A stretch of 64,000 nucleotides of DNA from a virus: the IMG/VR virus record IMGVR_UViG_3300028558_000001, positions 32,001-96,000 of that record; one strand, 5' to 3'. Position 1 is the first letter of the stretch. Every line of letters starts with the position of its first letter. A program made the translations under genes and the position numbers. Shown here piece after piece: positions 8,889-17,954 of this stretch. Below the pieces are notes generated by a model. It did not search any database, was not told the DNA's origin, and worked only from the letters and a program-made list of their open reading frames with translations.

Positions 8889-9989
8889 ATGTCATTTTCA
8901 CCTGTTCCCACTGTTAGAAAGACATATGATTTGTCTACAATTGATGTACAATCATTGTTAGAAATGATTATCATTCGTCGCCCTGCTCGTTATGAGGGCG
9001 ACGAAGAACTGATTGAACGTTTTCTTGACCCTATTGACGGGATGCAAGAAGATGAGCATGGCAATCGTATTCTAAAGATTGGCGATGCTCCTGTCATGTG
9101 GTCATGCCATACTGATACGGTTCATTCATCTAAGAGCTTCGACAAGTATCAGCGAATTCGTTTTGATAAGGGAATCATTTCCCTTGCGAAGGATGAGAAG
9201 TCGAATTGTTTAGGAGCCGATTGTACTGCTGGTATCTGGATCATGCTCGAAATGATTAAGGGCGGCGTAGAGGGCTTGTATATCTTTCATAGGGATGAGG
9301 AAGTCGGCGGTTATGGCTCTAGCTATGTCGCCAAGCATCATCTTGATTTGATTAAAGATATTAAGTATGCGATTGCCTTTGATAGAAAAGGAAACAGTTC
9401 TATCATCACGCATCAGGCAATGGAACGCTGTGCATCAGATGCATTTGCGGAGTCACTGTCCAAGCTTCTACCTGTTGGTTATCTTAAGGATGATGGAGGA
9501 ACGTTTACTGATACAGCTAACTATACTTCAATCATTCCAGAATGTACCAATATTTCAGTTGGGTATGATGATGCTCATTCATCAAAAGAGTCATTGAATG
9601 TATATGATCTTTTGAGACTTAGGGAAGCAATGCTTAAGTTTGATCATACACAACTTGTTTGTGAGCGTGATCCATCTATCACTGAATATTCAGAAGACTT
9701 CATGCGATATTCTACAAGAACTTCTGCATATCGTTCTTCTTATGGTTTAGATGATTGGGAAGATCGTGATGCTATTTGGAGAAAGCCAGAAGGAAAAAAG
9801 GTTTTCGATCTGACTCCTCATATTGAGGGTATTGATTATGAAGATTATGATCCAGATGAATATCCAAATATGGCATGTAGGACTCTTAAGGAATTCATTA
9901 CCACCTATCCAGATGTTGCTGCTGATTATCTAGAACAACAAGGATATGCGGTAGAGGATTTCTATGAACAATTTCCTTGGCTCGCTTAG
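8889..9989 (+). CDS. M28/M20-family Zn peptidase/amidohydrolase
   Basis: CHTDTVH, LGADCTAG, RDEEVGG, AIAFDR, FTDTANY, NISVGYDDAH. Confidence 0.88.
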   Translation: MSFSPVPTVRKTYDLSTIDVQSLLEMIIIRRPARYEGDEELIERFLDPIDGMQEDEHGNRILKIGDAPVMWSCHTDTVHSSKSFDKYQRIRFDKGIISLAKDEKSNCLGADCTAGIWIMLEMIKGGVEGLYIFHRDEEVGGYGSSYVAKHHLDLIKDIKYAIAFDRKGNSSIITHQAMERCASDAFAESLSKLLPVGYLKDDGGTFTDTANYTSIIPECTNISVGYDDAHSSKESLNVYDLLRLREAMLKFDHTQLVCERDPSITEYSEDFMRYSTRTSAYRSSYGLDDWEDRDAIWRKPEGKKVFDLTPHIEGIDYEDYDPDEYPNMACRTLKEFITTYPDVAADYLEQQGYAVEDFYEQFPWLA

Positions 9990-10000
9990 GACATTACGGA

Positions 10001-10030
10001 TTGACAGGGAGGATGCAGTCTAGTTAGGAT
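10001..10030 (+). promoter_or_regulatory. Possible sigma70 promoter
   Basis: TTGACA-N18-TAGGAT in intergenic space. Confidence 0.45.
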
Positions 10031-10150
10031 ACGAAATGGGCGGCGATTCCAACTGACGGATAGCCTTAAAAGAATGTCAAGTCAGTTATGGTTTATCCCC
10101 CACGGCCATAGATGGACATGAAGCCCAAACAAAATAGAGGGGTTAGAGCA

Positions 10151-10737
10151 ATGATTTGTTTTGCTTCTGCTGACTTTATTACCAAGTTCAATAAAAGAAA
10201 AGGAGTTAGGACATATTGTAATCCTTATTGTTATGATTGCAGAAACAATTGTTTCTCAATTGAAGGACCAAGCCTGTTCATGATCATTCATGATATTATT
10301 CTTTTTCTTGATGAAGAAAATAGGAATTATTCTTGTAGATCAGCACAATATGCTTTTGAAGATTTGATTGGTTTTAGGCTACATGCAAGTGAAAACAAAG
10401 TTATCTTGTATTGGCCTATGATACCGTTTTGTGAAGAAAAAAGAGGAGTATATAACTAGATATGTCAAACATGTATACTAAATCCGGTCAGTTAAGCGCC
10501 GCTGCTCTCAGGAAGGGCTATCAGCATAAAGCCGATGTAAATTATAAAGATCATAAGTTTTCAACAGTTCTTGAATTTGTTGATCACTATAATATGTATC
10601 GCGTCAGACTTGTTCAGAATGATTATAATAACCTTAATTCATGGCATTTTTATTCTGTAAGTGAAACTCGAAAACAGTTTGAAACCGTTTTGGAAGCAGT
10701 TGTTGATGCTGCTGAAAAAGAATATTTACTTGTATAA
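10151..10737 (+). other. Two hypothetical ORFs (~10151-10459, 10462-10737)
   Basis: RBS motifs; tandem arrangement. Confidence 0.6.
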
Positions 10738-10749
10738 TTGGAGTGAAAT

Positions 10750-11832
10750 ATGTTTAAGTTAATTTCTTCATATGCCAAAGCTGACTTCTTAGTTAATGAT
10801 GAATTAAAGTTATTTAGTAAGGGAAAGGACGCGGCAAGGGCTGCTGCCAATCTCCAACTCATCTATGCTATGAGCTATAAGGTTGCTCCTTATGTTAAGC
10901 CATCTAATGAATGGAAGGAACGTGAGCAAGAGAGATTAGATTCTGGTTATCATAAGAAGGTACTGCCAGAACTACAAAAGTATTGCTTACCAGAACATTT
11001 CGTCCATGTCTGTAAGAAGTCTCCTTCTCTCATTGCATATACTGCTAATGATTATAAGGGTGCGAATGACCTACAGACTCAATCCTCAATCTCTGGTTAT
11101 CTAGAGCGGTTTGCTCCATCTGTAAAAGCACAAGAAGTAGAAGTCCTACAAGAAGCACATGATACTGCTTTTGCTTTCACTGATTTAATGTGGGCAAAGA
11201 CTCCAGATGAAATCGTTGAGTGCTATACCAATTTCGATCCTGATACCAAGGGTGTGTCTGACTCCTGTATGAGGTATGAAAACTTTTACGATGAAGGTTT
11301 TGATGGAGATGATGAAGAAAGAGGATGGATCACTCAGGTTCATCCAGTCTATGTATATGGTGACTCTGATATTTCTATTGCCCATCTAAAGAATCTAGAT
11401 GGAAAGGTAGTGGCAAGGGCTGCTGTCTTTGAAAAGAAGAAAGTATATTCTCGCGTCTATGGCTCCAAGGAAACAACCAATAGGCTTCATCAAATTCTAA
11501 AGAAGAAGGGATATAACAAGTCTTCTGGATACTTTAGTGATGCTGGACTAACAGAGTCTTTATATGGTGCTATGCTTCCAGCTATTAAATGGGATACTAA
11601 GTGTAGGTATTATAGGGATCATTATAATTATAGGCATTCTGATGTTTATTATGTAATGCCATATATTGATGAAGAAGATATTGTTACCCTAGTTAAAGGA
11701 GAGACTGAGAAGGATGATTACTTCTTACTTGGTGATCAGTCAATCAAGATTGCTAAAGAAGGAAAGAAGTATTATCTACTAGGCGCTCAAAGTGCTGATG
11801 GAATTACTTCCTATCATGACTTCTCTAAGTGA
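10750..11832 (+). CDS. Paralogue B of 7384-8862, lacking the Zn-ribbon tail
   Basis: Shared EWK.REQ.RLDSG, PELQK.CLPEHFVHV, SCMRY, YSRVYG, VMPYIDE. Confidence 0.8.
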   Translation: MFKLISSYAKADFLVNDELKLFSKGKDAARAAANLQLIYAMSYKVAPYVKPSNEWKEREQERLDSGYHKKVLPELQKYCLPEHFVHVCKKSPSLIAYTANDYKGANDLQTQSSISGYLERFAPSVKAQEVEVLQEAHDTAFAFTDLMWAKTPDEIVECYTNFDPDTKGVSDSCMRYENFYDEGFDGDDEERGWITQVHPVYVYGDSDISIAHLKNLDGKVVARAAVFEKKKVYSRVYGSKETTNRLHQILKKKGYNKSSGYFSDAGLTESLYGAMLPAIKWDTKCRYYRDHYNYRHSDVYYVMPYIDEEDIVTLVKGETEKDDYFLLGDQSIKIAKEGKKYYLLGAQSADGITSYHDFSK

Positions 11833-11846
11833 CTTTCCTCATTGCA

Positions 11847-11930
11847 TTCGGAAAGAACTTCGTTGACTCTGTTCTAGTTATTTGCTATAAAACTTAGTAG
11901 GTGACTAGAAACAGTTACTATCTTTCTGAA
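11847..11930 (+). repeat. Long intergenic hairpin, copy 9 (embeds TTGACT-N17-TATAAA at 11863-11891)
   Basis: ttcggaaaga/tctttctgaa and ttctagttatttgcta/tagtaggtgactagaa with several G-U pairs. Confidence 0.7.
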
Positions 11931-11939
11931 GACATATGG

Positions 11940-11968
11940 ATTATAACAAGTTTTTAAAAGTGTGTCAA
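11940..11968 (-). promoter_or_regulatory. Perfect sigma70 promoter, antisense to the early region
   Basis: Reverse complement reads TTGACA-cacttttaaaaacttgt-TATAAT (N17, extended TG). Confidence 0.75.
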
Positions 11969-11996
11969 GTGTAAAAATCAATTATAGGAGAGAAAA

Positions 11997-12656
11997 ATGC
12001 TAGTAAAGTGTATTGATGTTGGAGATTTTCCTTCGGTACTTACTAAAGGTATGGTATATGAAGCAGAGGATTATCTATACAACAAAAAGTGTTATATGAT
12101 TCGAAATGATAATGGAATGAACGCTCCATATTATAAGTCACGTTTTGAAGAAGTAGATGTTAAGGAAACTAAAGTGCAAGTAAAGTGTATTAAAGTTGAA
12201 GAGTGGGGAACCCATCTTACTCATGGGAAAGTATATACTGCAACCATTGATGGTAAATATTATAAAATTACTAATGACCTTGGTAGAGACAACGCCGGGT
12301 ATTCTAAAGACAGATTTGAAGTAGTGAAGGAGAATGAAATGAAGTTTGAAGTGGGAAAGATTTATGTTACTAATAATGCAACTAAGTATAAAGTTGTATG
12401 TATTGATAAACCCGGTAATGATCCAATTCTTGCCTACGATGTAAAAGAAGGCTATGTATATACCTTTGATAAGGATGGATACAACTATTATCGTGGGACA
12501 CTCAAGGCGTATATTGAACCCAAGAAGTGGTATACTTATGTTTATCTGAATGATAATGGAACTCCTTTTTCTGTTACTTCTGAAACTAGACCTACAGGAC
12601 CATATTATGATGATCGGAAGGTAATTCATACCTTTGAGTTTGAGCTAGGGGGATAA
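11997..12656 (+). CDS. Hypothetical protein: two SH3-like repeats plus a third domain
   Basis: VKCI..LTxGxVYxA..IxND.G..Y.K.RFE twice; internal aaggag RBS and in-frame ATG at 12339. Confidence 0.75.
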   Translation: MLVKCIDVGDFPSVLTKGMVYEAEDYLYNKKCYMIRNDNGMNAPYYKSRFEEVDVKETKVQVKCIKVEEWGTHLTHGKVYTATIDGKYYKITNDLGRDNAGYSKDRFEVVKENEMKFEVGKIYVTNNATKYKVVCIDKPGNDPILAYDVKEGYVYTFDKDGYNYYRGTLKAYIEPKKWYTYVYLNDNGTPFSVTSETRPTGPYYDDRKVIHTFEFELGG

Positions 12657-12704
12657 TCCTTCAAAAATAATTTGGGCCATAATCGCTTTTTTTGAAAATA
12701 AGTG

Positions 12705-12732
12705 TTGACGCGAAATTGGATTCATATATAGT
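12705..12732 (+). promoter_or_regulatory. sigma70-type promoter with UP-like A/T tracts
   Basis: TTGACG-N16-TATAGT. Confidence 0.55.
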
Positions 12733-12797
12733 GAGGACATGGGGAACGAGATACCCCTACGAAATTCTAGTCAAAACTAACTCAGGAGAAATTGATT

Positions 12798-13769
12798 ATG
12801 GCCCATGAAATTGAAAACCTTAACGGTAAAGACTGCTTCGTTTTCGCTGGTCAGCCCGCTTGGCATGGCCTTGGAACGGAAGTTCCTTCCGACCTTACGC
12901 CACTCGAAATGCTCAAGATTGCTGGTCTTGACTGGAATGTGCTTGAAGTGCCGGATACTTATGAATGGCATGGCAAGCAGATTCCGAATGGAAAGAAGTC
13001 TCTCATTCGTGACATTGACGGCAAGTTCCTTACGTCTGTTTCGGATGCATGGAAGCCCAATCAGAACATCGAAGCTTTCAAGTTCTTTAACGAATTTGTG
13101 GAAGCTGGCGATATGACGATGGAAACGGCTGGCTCTCTCAAGGAAGGCAAGCTTATTTGGGCGCTTGCGAAGGTGAAGGATACCTTTGAACTTTTCAATG
13201 GGGATACTGTTGAAAGCCATCTGCTTTTCTCCAATCCTCATGAATATGGCAAGAGCATCAATATTCGCTTCTGTGCTGAGCGTGTTGTTTGCGCTAACAC
13301 GATGGCGATTGCTCTTTCTGAAAAGGCCAAGAGCTTCATTCGCTTCTCTCATCGTCGTGAGTTTGATCCTGATCTTGCGAAAGAACTGCTTGGCATTTCT
13401 CACGAATATATGAACAAGTACAAGGAAGCGGCTGCTTTCATTGGTTCCAAGTTCTACACTCCCGATTCGGTCAAGGATTACATCACTGAATTGTTCCCTG
13501 TTGTTCAAGCTGCCAATGCCAACGGCAAGCCCCGCAAGGAAATCTCCAAGACTGCTCGCCAGATCATGGAAGAAGTGATTGACTCTCAGCCCGGACGTGA
13601 GTTTGCTCGCGGCACCTTCTGGAATGCTTTCAATGCGGTTACGTTCTACACCAACCATCTTGCTGGTCGGACTCAGGACAATCGCGTGAACTCCCTCTGG
13701 TTTGGTGAAGCTGCCAATATCAATATCAAGGCTCTTGATCTTGCTGTTGAGTATGCTAAAGCAGCGTAA
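12798..13769 (+). CDS. DUF932 family protein (phage/plasmid TIGR03299-like)
   Basis: MAHEIE..PAWHGLG..AGLDW.V..QN..AF.F..ETAGSL..G..R.VCANT..GT.W.AFNAVT.Y..H..WFG. Confidence 0.9.
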   Translation: MAHEIENLNGKDCFVFAGQPAWHGLGTEVPSDLTPLEMLKIAGLDWNVLEVPDTYEWHGKQIPNGKKSLIRDIDGKFLTSVSDAWKPNQNIEAFKFFNEFVEAGDMTMETAGSLKEGKLIWALAKVKDTFELFNGDTVESHLLFSNPHEYGKSINIRFCAERVVCANTMAIALSEKAKSFIRFSHRREFDPDLAKELLGISHEYMNKYKEAAAFIGSKFYTPDSVKDYITELFPVVQAANANGKPRKEISKTARQIMEEVIDSQPGREFARGTFWNAFNAVTFYTNHLAGRTQDNRVNSLWFGEAANINIKALDLAVEYAKAA

Positions 13770-13771
13770 AG

Positions 13772-13819
13772 ATTAGCTTTACAGGAGGCATCAGAAATGG
13801 TGCCTCTCATAAAGTTAAT
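13772..13819 (+). repeat. Intergenic stem/internal-loop/stem element, copy 10
   Basis: attagcttta-ca-ggaggcatca-GAAA-tggtgcctct-ca-taaagttaat. Confidence 0.8.
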
Positions 13820-13832
13820 ATAGGAGGATATT

Positions 13833-14413
13833 ATGAAGCTTACTGATTTTTGGTTTAACCTTGGTAAAGCAGAATCCGTTTATTATGTGTTCCCTGATGG
13901 AAAGGGAGGAGAAATTCAATTCTATTGTTCTGATAGATATAATCCTCTCCAAGGAACCATGAAGCTAAACGCTGATGATGAAATTGCGGCGGCTATGCGT
14001 GGAAATTGTCTTTATATTGGCGTGAAGGAATAAATCATGAATGTTCTCTATGATACTGTTCACAAGAGAGCACAAGATACTTTTGATAGAAACATTGCTC
14101 TAACAAAAGATAACTATAAAGTTTATGTCGATCATTGGTTTAAAACTGCCAATGATCTTCGAGAAGAAATGATTTCTGAGGGTCTACTCAATACAGTTAA
14201 AGAACTTGATGAGTGGATCGAATGGAATAAGAAGTGGAGTATCACAAAATGACCGAGAAAGAATTGAACGAAACGCTTGACTCCATGTGGGAATGGGTTA
14301 TAAAGGATGAAGAAGTTTCCTTGATCCTAGCGCGTGAGCACTTTGTTAGGGTTAACCGTTTGATCATGGAGGAAATACTTATGGAAGGAATTTATGGATG
14401 TTTGATCCATTGA
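13833..14413 (+). other. Three small hypothetical ORFs (13833-14033, 14037-14252, 14249-14413)
   Basis: RBS and overlap packing. Confidence 0.6.
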
Positions 14414-14517
14414 GTCTTGTCGTTGGTATTGTTTTGGGTGTTCTGGGCTGCATCATTATTGCTGCTATCGGAATTTTCTATATTCTAAATGGCTTTGATG
14501 GAGATAGACGTGATTGA
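14398..14517 (+). CDS. 39-aa single-TM microprotein
   Basis: MFDPLSLVVGIVLGVLGCIIIAAIGIFYILNGFDGDRRD; aagga RBS. Confidence 0.6.
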   Translation: MFDPLSLVVGIVLGVLGCIIIAAIGIFYILNGFDGDRRD

Positions 14518-14614
14518 TATTGCTTTTCTTGTCCTTGGCATTCTTGTAGGTATCGTCTTGGGTGCCTCTCTAATTATTAGAGGAATTGTGAATTTCTTTA
14601 ATAACAACGGTTAA
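14510..14614 (+). CDS. 34-aa single-TM microprotein
   Basis: GTG start after ggag; MIDIAFLVLGILVGIVLGASLIIRGIVNFFNNNG. Confidence 0.55.
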   Translation: MIDIAFLVLGILVGIVLGASLIIRGIVNFFNNNG

Positions 14615-14625
14615 TGGAGATTGAT

Positions 14626-17192
14626 ATGAAAGTTGGTGATCGTGTCAAGCTGATCCGTGATGGCGGATATGATGATGTAGATGAAGGCGCAGAAGGTACG
14701 CTTGTCGAGATTGATGAGAACCAATACGCGAAGCCTTTCAATTATATGGTTGAGTTTGATTGTCAGAAGAACCTTGACCCGTTCCCCTGTATGAAGAATG
14801 AAATCAAGCTGGTTAAGGAAGGGAAGGCTATCAAGCCAGATCATTCTGCTTCTGCTTATGTTAAAGCAATGAATGATGTTCTCAATATGCTCAATAAGCA
14901 AGACAGAACTAATACTTCTGTTAATGCTGTTCTGTTTGATCTTGAATCAGAAATCACTGGCCTGATTCGTGAAGCCAAGAAGTGGGGCTAATCATGGCAC
15001 AGTCAATCGGTAAACATAAGATTCTTTGTGTTACTCCAAACATAACAATTTGGTCCAATCCAACTACCATTTACCAACGTAAGAACGGTACTTATTATGT
15101 GAATTGGGACAAACGTGTTACTATCACAAAAGAAAAAGATCACTTTCTTTTTTCCCCTAAGTATGGAATTAAACAAGGATATTATAATGAATAAGTTTAA
15201 AGTTAAGGATCGTGTCAAGCTGATTGTTAATTATGGTAGTGATGACTACCTTAAGAAGGGTACAGAAGGGGAGGTTACAGACAACAGTGCTTCCACTATG
15301 TACCCTTATCGTGTCAGGTTTAAGGACATGACTACTTCTATTCTTTGTGCAGAAGAGGAACTTGAATTGGTGAAGGCTAACGTCAATATTCCTTATATTG
15401 ACAATGTTATTGCTCATCTAGAAAATGAAGCTAAGCAGCTTGAGATTGGCGCGGCTTATGGCGGTTCATGGGGAGACGGCGGCGCATCTGAAATCCGCAA
15501 GGCTATCTATTATTACAAATGTGGTATGAATGGAACTATCCCTGTGAAGTGGGTGCCACTCCATGATCATTTTGTTAAGGTTGGGATTGATCCTGATTAC
15601 CAGAAATATATGGAACTAAAAGATAAGTATGGAGATTGATATGGCACAAGAAAAGAAAATGGTCGATAGACGAGTAAGGGAATTTGATCCAGATTGTTGT
15701 ACTCTGAAACAAGTCAAGGATGAGATTGAACGTCTAATCAAAGATTATGGTTATGATGCTATGATTAAGGAATATGAGGATGATTACTCTGATCATCGGT
15801 ATCTTGGTATCTATATCAAAGAACTAGAAACTGATAAAGAGTTTAATACTCGTCTTCTTCAAGAAGAACAATATAAGGCAAGACAAGAACAACGTGATCG
15901 TGAGACTTTTGAACGTCTCAAGAAACAATTTGAACAGAAAGGAAAATGATTATGGATAATGATACAGAACAGAAGGTTCGGAGCAAGGTACTGAACATTG
16001 TTACGTTTGGTACTTGTATCGCAGGATTTGTCTTAGGGGCTTGGCTTGGTTGGTTTGGGATTTTTCTCTCATTACTTTTCGGACTAGCTATTGGAACGTT
16101 TATTTCTCTTGTTCCTATCTCTGACTCATGTAAGTTTATTGAAGATAAGGAACCTCTAATTCCAGAGATTACTTTTAGTGGTTTTGGTTACAAGACTTCT
16201 ATTGGAGCGATTTATCTTACTCAGCCAAACCAGCCACAAGAAGGCGGTCGGAGAGGCTTCTATATTGAAGCTGTTCGGGATGATAAGCGTCAGGAAAAGA
16301 GAATGTATATTTCTAGGGAAGCTATGTTCCGCCTAATGGAAATATATCTCTATTCTTTTAATGAAGAAGATCGTAAATTTGAAACAGTGGAGAATGATTA
16401 ATGTTTATTATTGTTGATGTTAGTTCAGAAGAATTTATTTGTTCTGCTGATACTCTTGAAGACTTACAGAAGACCTTCAATGATCTTGTTGTTTGTGGAG
16501 ACTATGACGATCCATACTCAACATTTAGTATCTTTGAACAGAAGTTTGATATTAGGATCGCCAGAACTGCTACTTATATTCCTACCGCCGAAAGCGTAGA
16601 AGCCCTAATTACCAAGAAGAGGAAGTGAAATGTCTGAGATTGCAAGCCGAATTGAAATTGAAATTCCCGTCATTACTAAGGAAACTAGAATCCAGTTAAC
16701 CTTGACTGAGCGACAGGCCGAAGTTCTAAAGGCCATTCTTGGTTCTGTTACTGGTCCATCTAGTGGCCCGCGCGGTCAGACCGACGCTATTTACTATTCC
16801 CTAGAGAAACTTAATATTGGGCCAGTGGGACTATACAAGGATATTGTTATTGATGGTAATATGTCATTAAAGGGAAGCAAATGAAATTTGTTATCACAAT
16901 TAATTATTCAATTGAATGGGTTGGTTCATGGACGGAATATGTTCCCGTTGAATATGAATCCATTGAAGCTTTATATATTGATTTAAATACATCAATTGTA
17001 GCAGCAAAGAGACTACAGAATCAGTATTGGTTAGAGGATTGGAGCACTCGCGGTAAGGCTCCACCAGATACAATTACTTTTGCTGGAAAGAAATTTGATT
17101 TAGATTGGTTTGAATGGGATGATCCAGAGCCAATTCGTGAATATGAGATTAATACTCTGGATCATTGGTTTGATAATACTTACTTGGGCTGA
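14626..17192 (+). other. Run of hypothetical ORFs (14626-14991, ~14994-15194, 15188-15639, 15641-15949, 15946-16401 membrane protein, 16401-16628, 16630-16884, 16881-17192)
   Basis: Packed ORFs with overlapping start/stop codons; two begin with an SH3/KOW-like KVxDRVKLI motif. Confidence 0.65.
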
Positions 17193-17671
17193 TTATACTT
17201 GTCGCAATCATCTTTCTTATCGGAATAGATATTGCAATAAGTTTTGATCCAGTCTTTAGAAATCTGTTCCTGCGCCTGTTCCTTGGTAATGATACCGTCA
17301 CAGATCATTCTATGTAACTTGTTTTCAAGTTTATCTTTGACGTGAGCATTCCAAGGCATGGTCGTATAAGACTGAGGCCATAGATTTGTAATATCATTCT
17401 TTCCACCAATCTCTAGTGAGATTAGATGATCAATTTCAAATTTATCTGCTTTGGGATCAATAGAATATTCTGCAAATACTTTCTTCTTGGTTGAAGCAGA
17501 GACATTTCTAACAGAACCAGTATAGCCAGCTAGGCATAGCTGTTCATTGGTGACGGCAGTATCAATAACTCCCGGCGTTAGATTATGATCTGGAAGGATA
17601 GGAAAATCCTTGGCTGCTACTGGTGATACAAATAGTAATGAAAGCAATAACGCGGATAAAAATTTTGTCAT
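17180..17671 (-). CDS. Exported HNH-fold protein with signal peptide
   Basis: MTKFLSALLLSLLFVSPVAA^K; EIDHLISLEIGG..NLWPQ..KDKLENKLH; agagga RBS. Confidence 0.8.
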   Translation of the reverse strand: MTKFLSALLLSLLFVSPVAAKDFPILPDHNLTPGVIDTAVTNEQLCLAGYTGSVRNVSASTKKKVFAEYSIDPKADKFEIDHLISLEIGGKNDITNLWPQSYTTMPWNAHVKDKLENKLHRMICDGIITKEQAQEQISKDWIKTYCNIYSDKKDDCDKYNQPK

Positions 17672-17702
17672 AATTCCTCTTGACTTTGAAATGGGCATGT
17701 AG

Positions 17703-17710
17703 TATTTATG
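17703..17710 (-). promoter_or_regulatory. T4-type late promoter (CATAAATA)
   Basis: 31 nt upstream of the HNH-fold gene start. Confidence 0.55.
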
Positions 17711-17736
17711 GGACAGTGAATAGGGGAGAAATTGGT

Positions 17737-17949
17737 ATGAAATGTGTTTTCGCAGTTTGGTGTAGAGACGATTATGATTATACGGATTATGTATGGAAAC
17801 TTTTCTCTACTAGAGACAAGGCAGAAACATTCATTACCGAATGGAGAAAAAAGAATCCATCAGGTTCTGAACCACTTCCAAATTCCACTATCTATAATAG
17901 ATATGGTCTTTTCATTCATGAATTTAACCTAGACGAAACAGAGGATTAA
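17737..17949 (+). CDS. Hypothetical protein
   Basis: ggggag RBS; MKCVFAVW..FSTRDKAE. Confidence 0.6.
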   Translation: MKCVFAVWCRDDYDYTDYVWKLFSTRDKAETFITEWRKKNPSGSEPLPNSTIYNRYGLFIHEFNLDETED

Positions 17950-17954
17950 TTATA

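Noticed and set aside
3353-13658. Long minus-strand ORFs 3353-4117, 4873-5634 and 12777-13658
   Set aside because: Antisense shadows of codon-biased + strand genes; no RBS or recognisable motifs.
1047-13819. Hairpin family read as a CRISPR array, integron attC sites or terminators
   Set aside because: Spacing is gene-sized and irregular; no cas or integrase gene; ends are ATTAGTT/AACTAAT rather than RYYYAAC/GTTRRRY; no U-tails.
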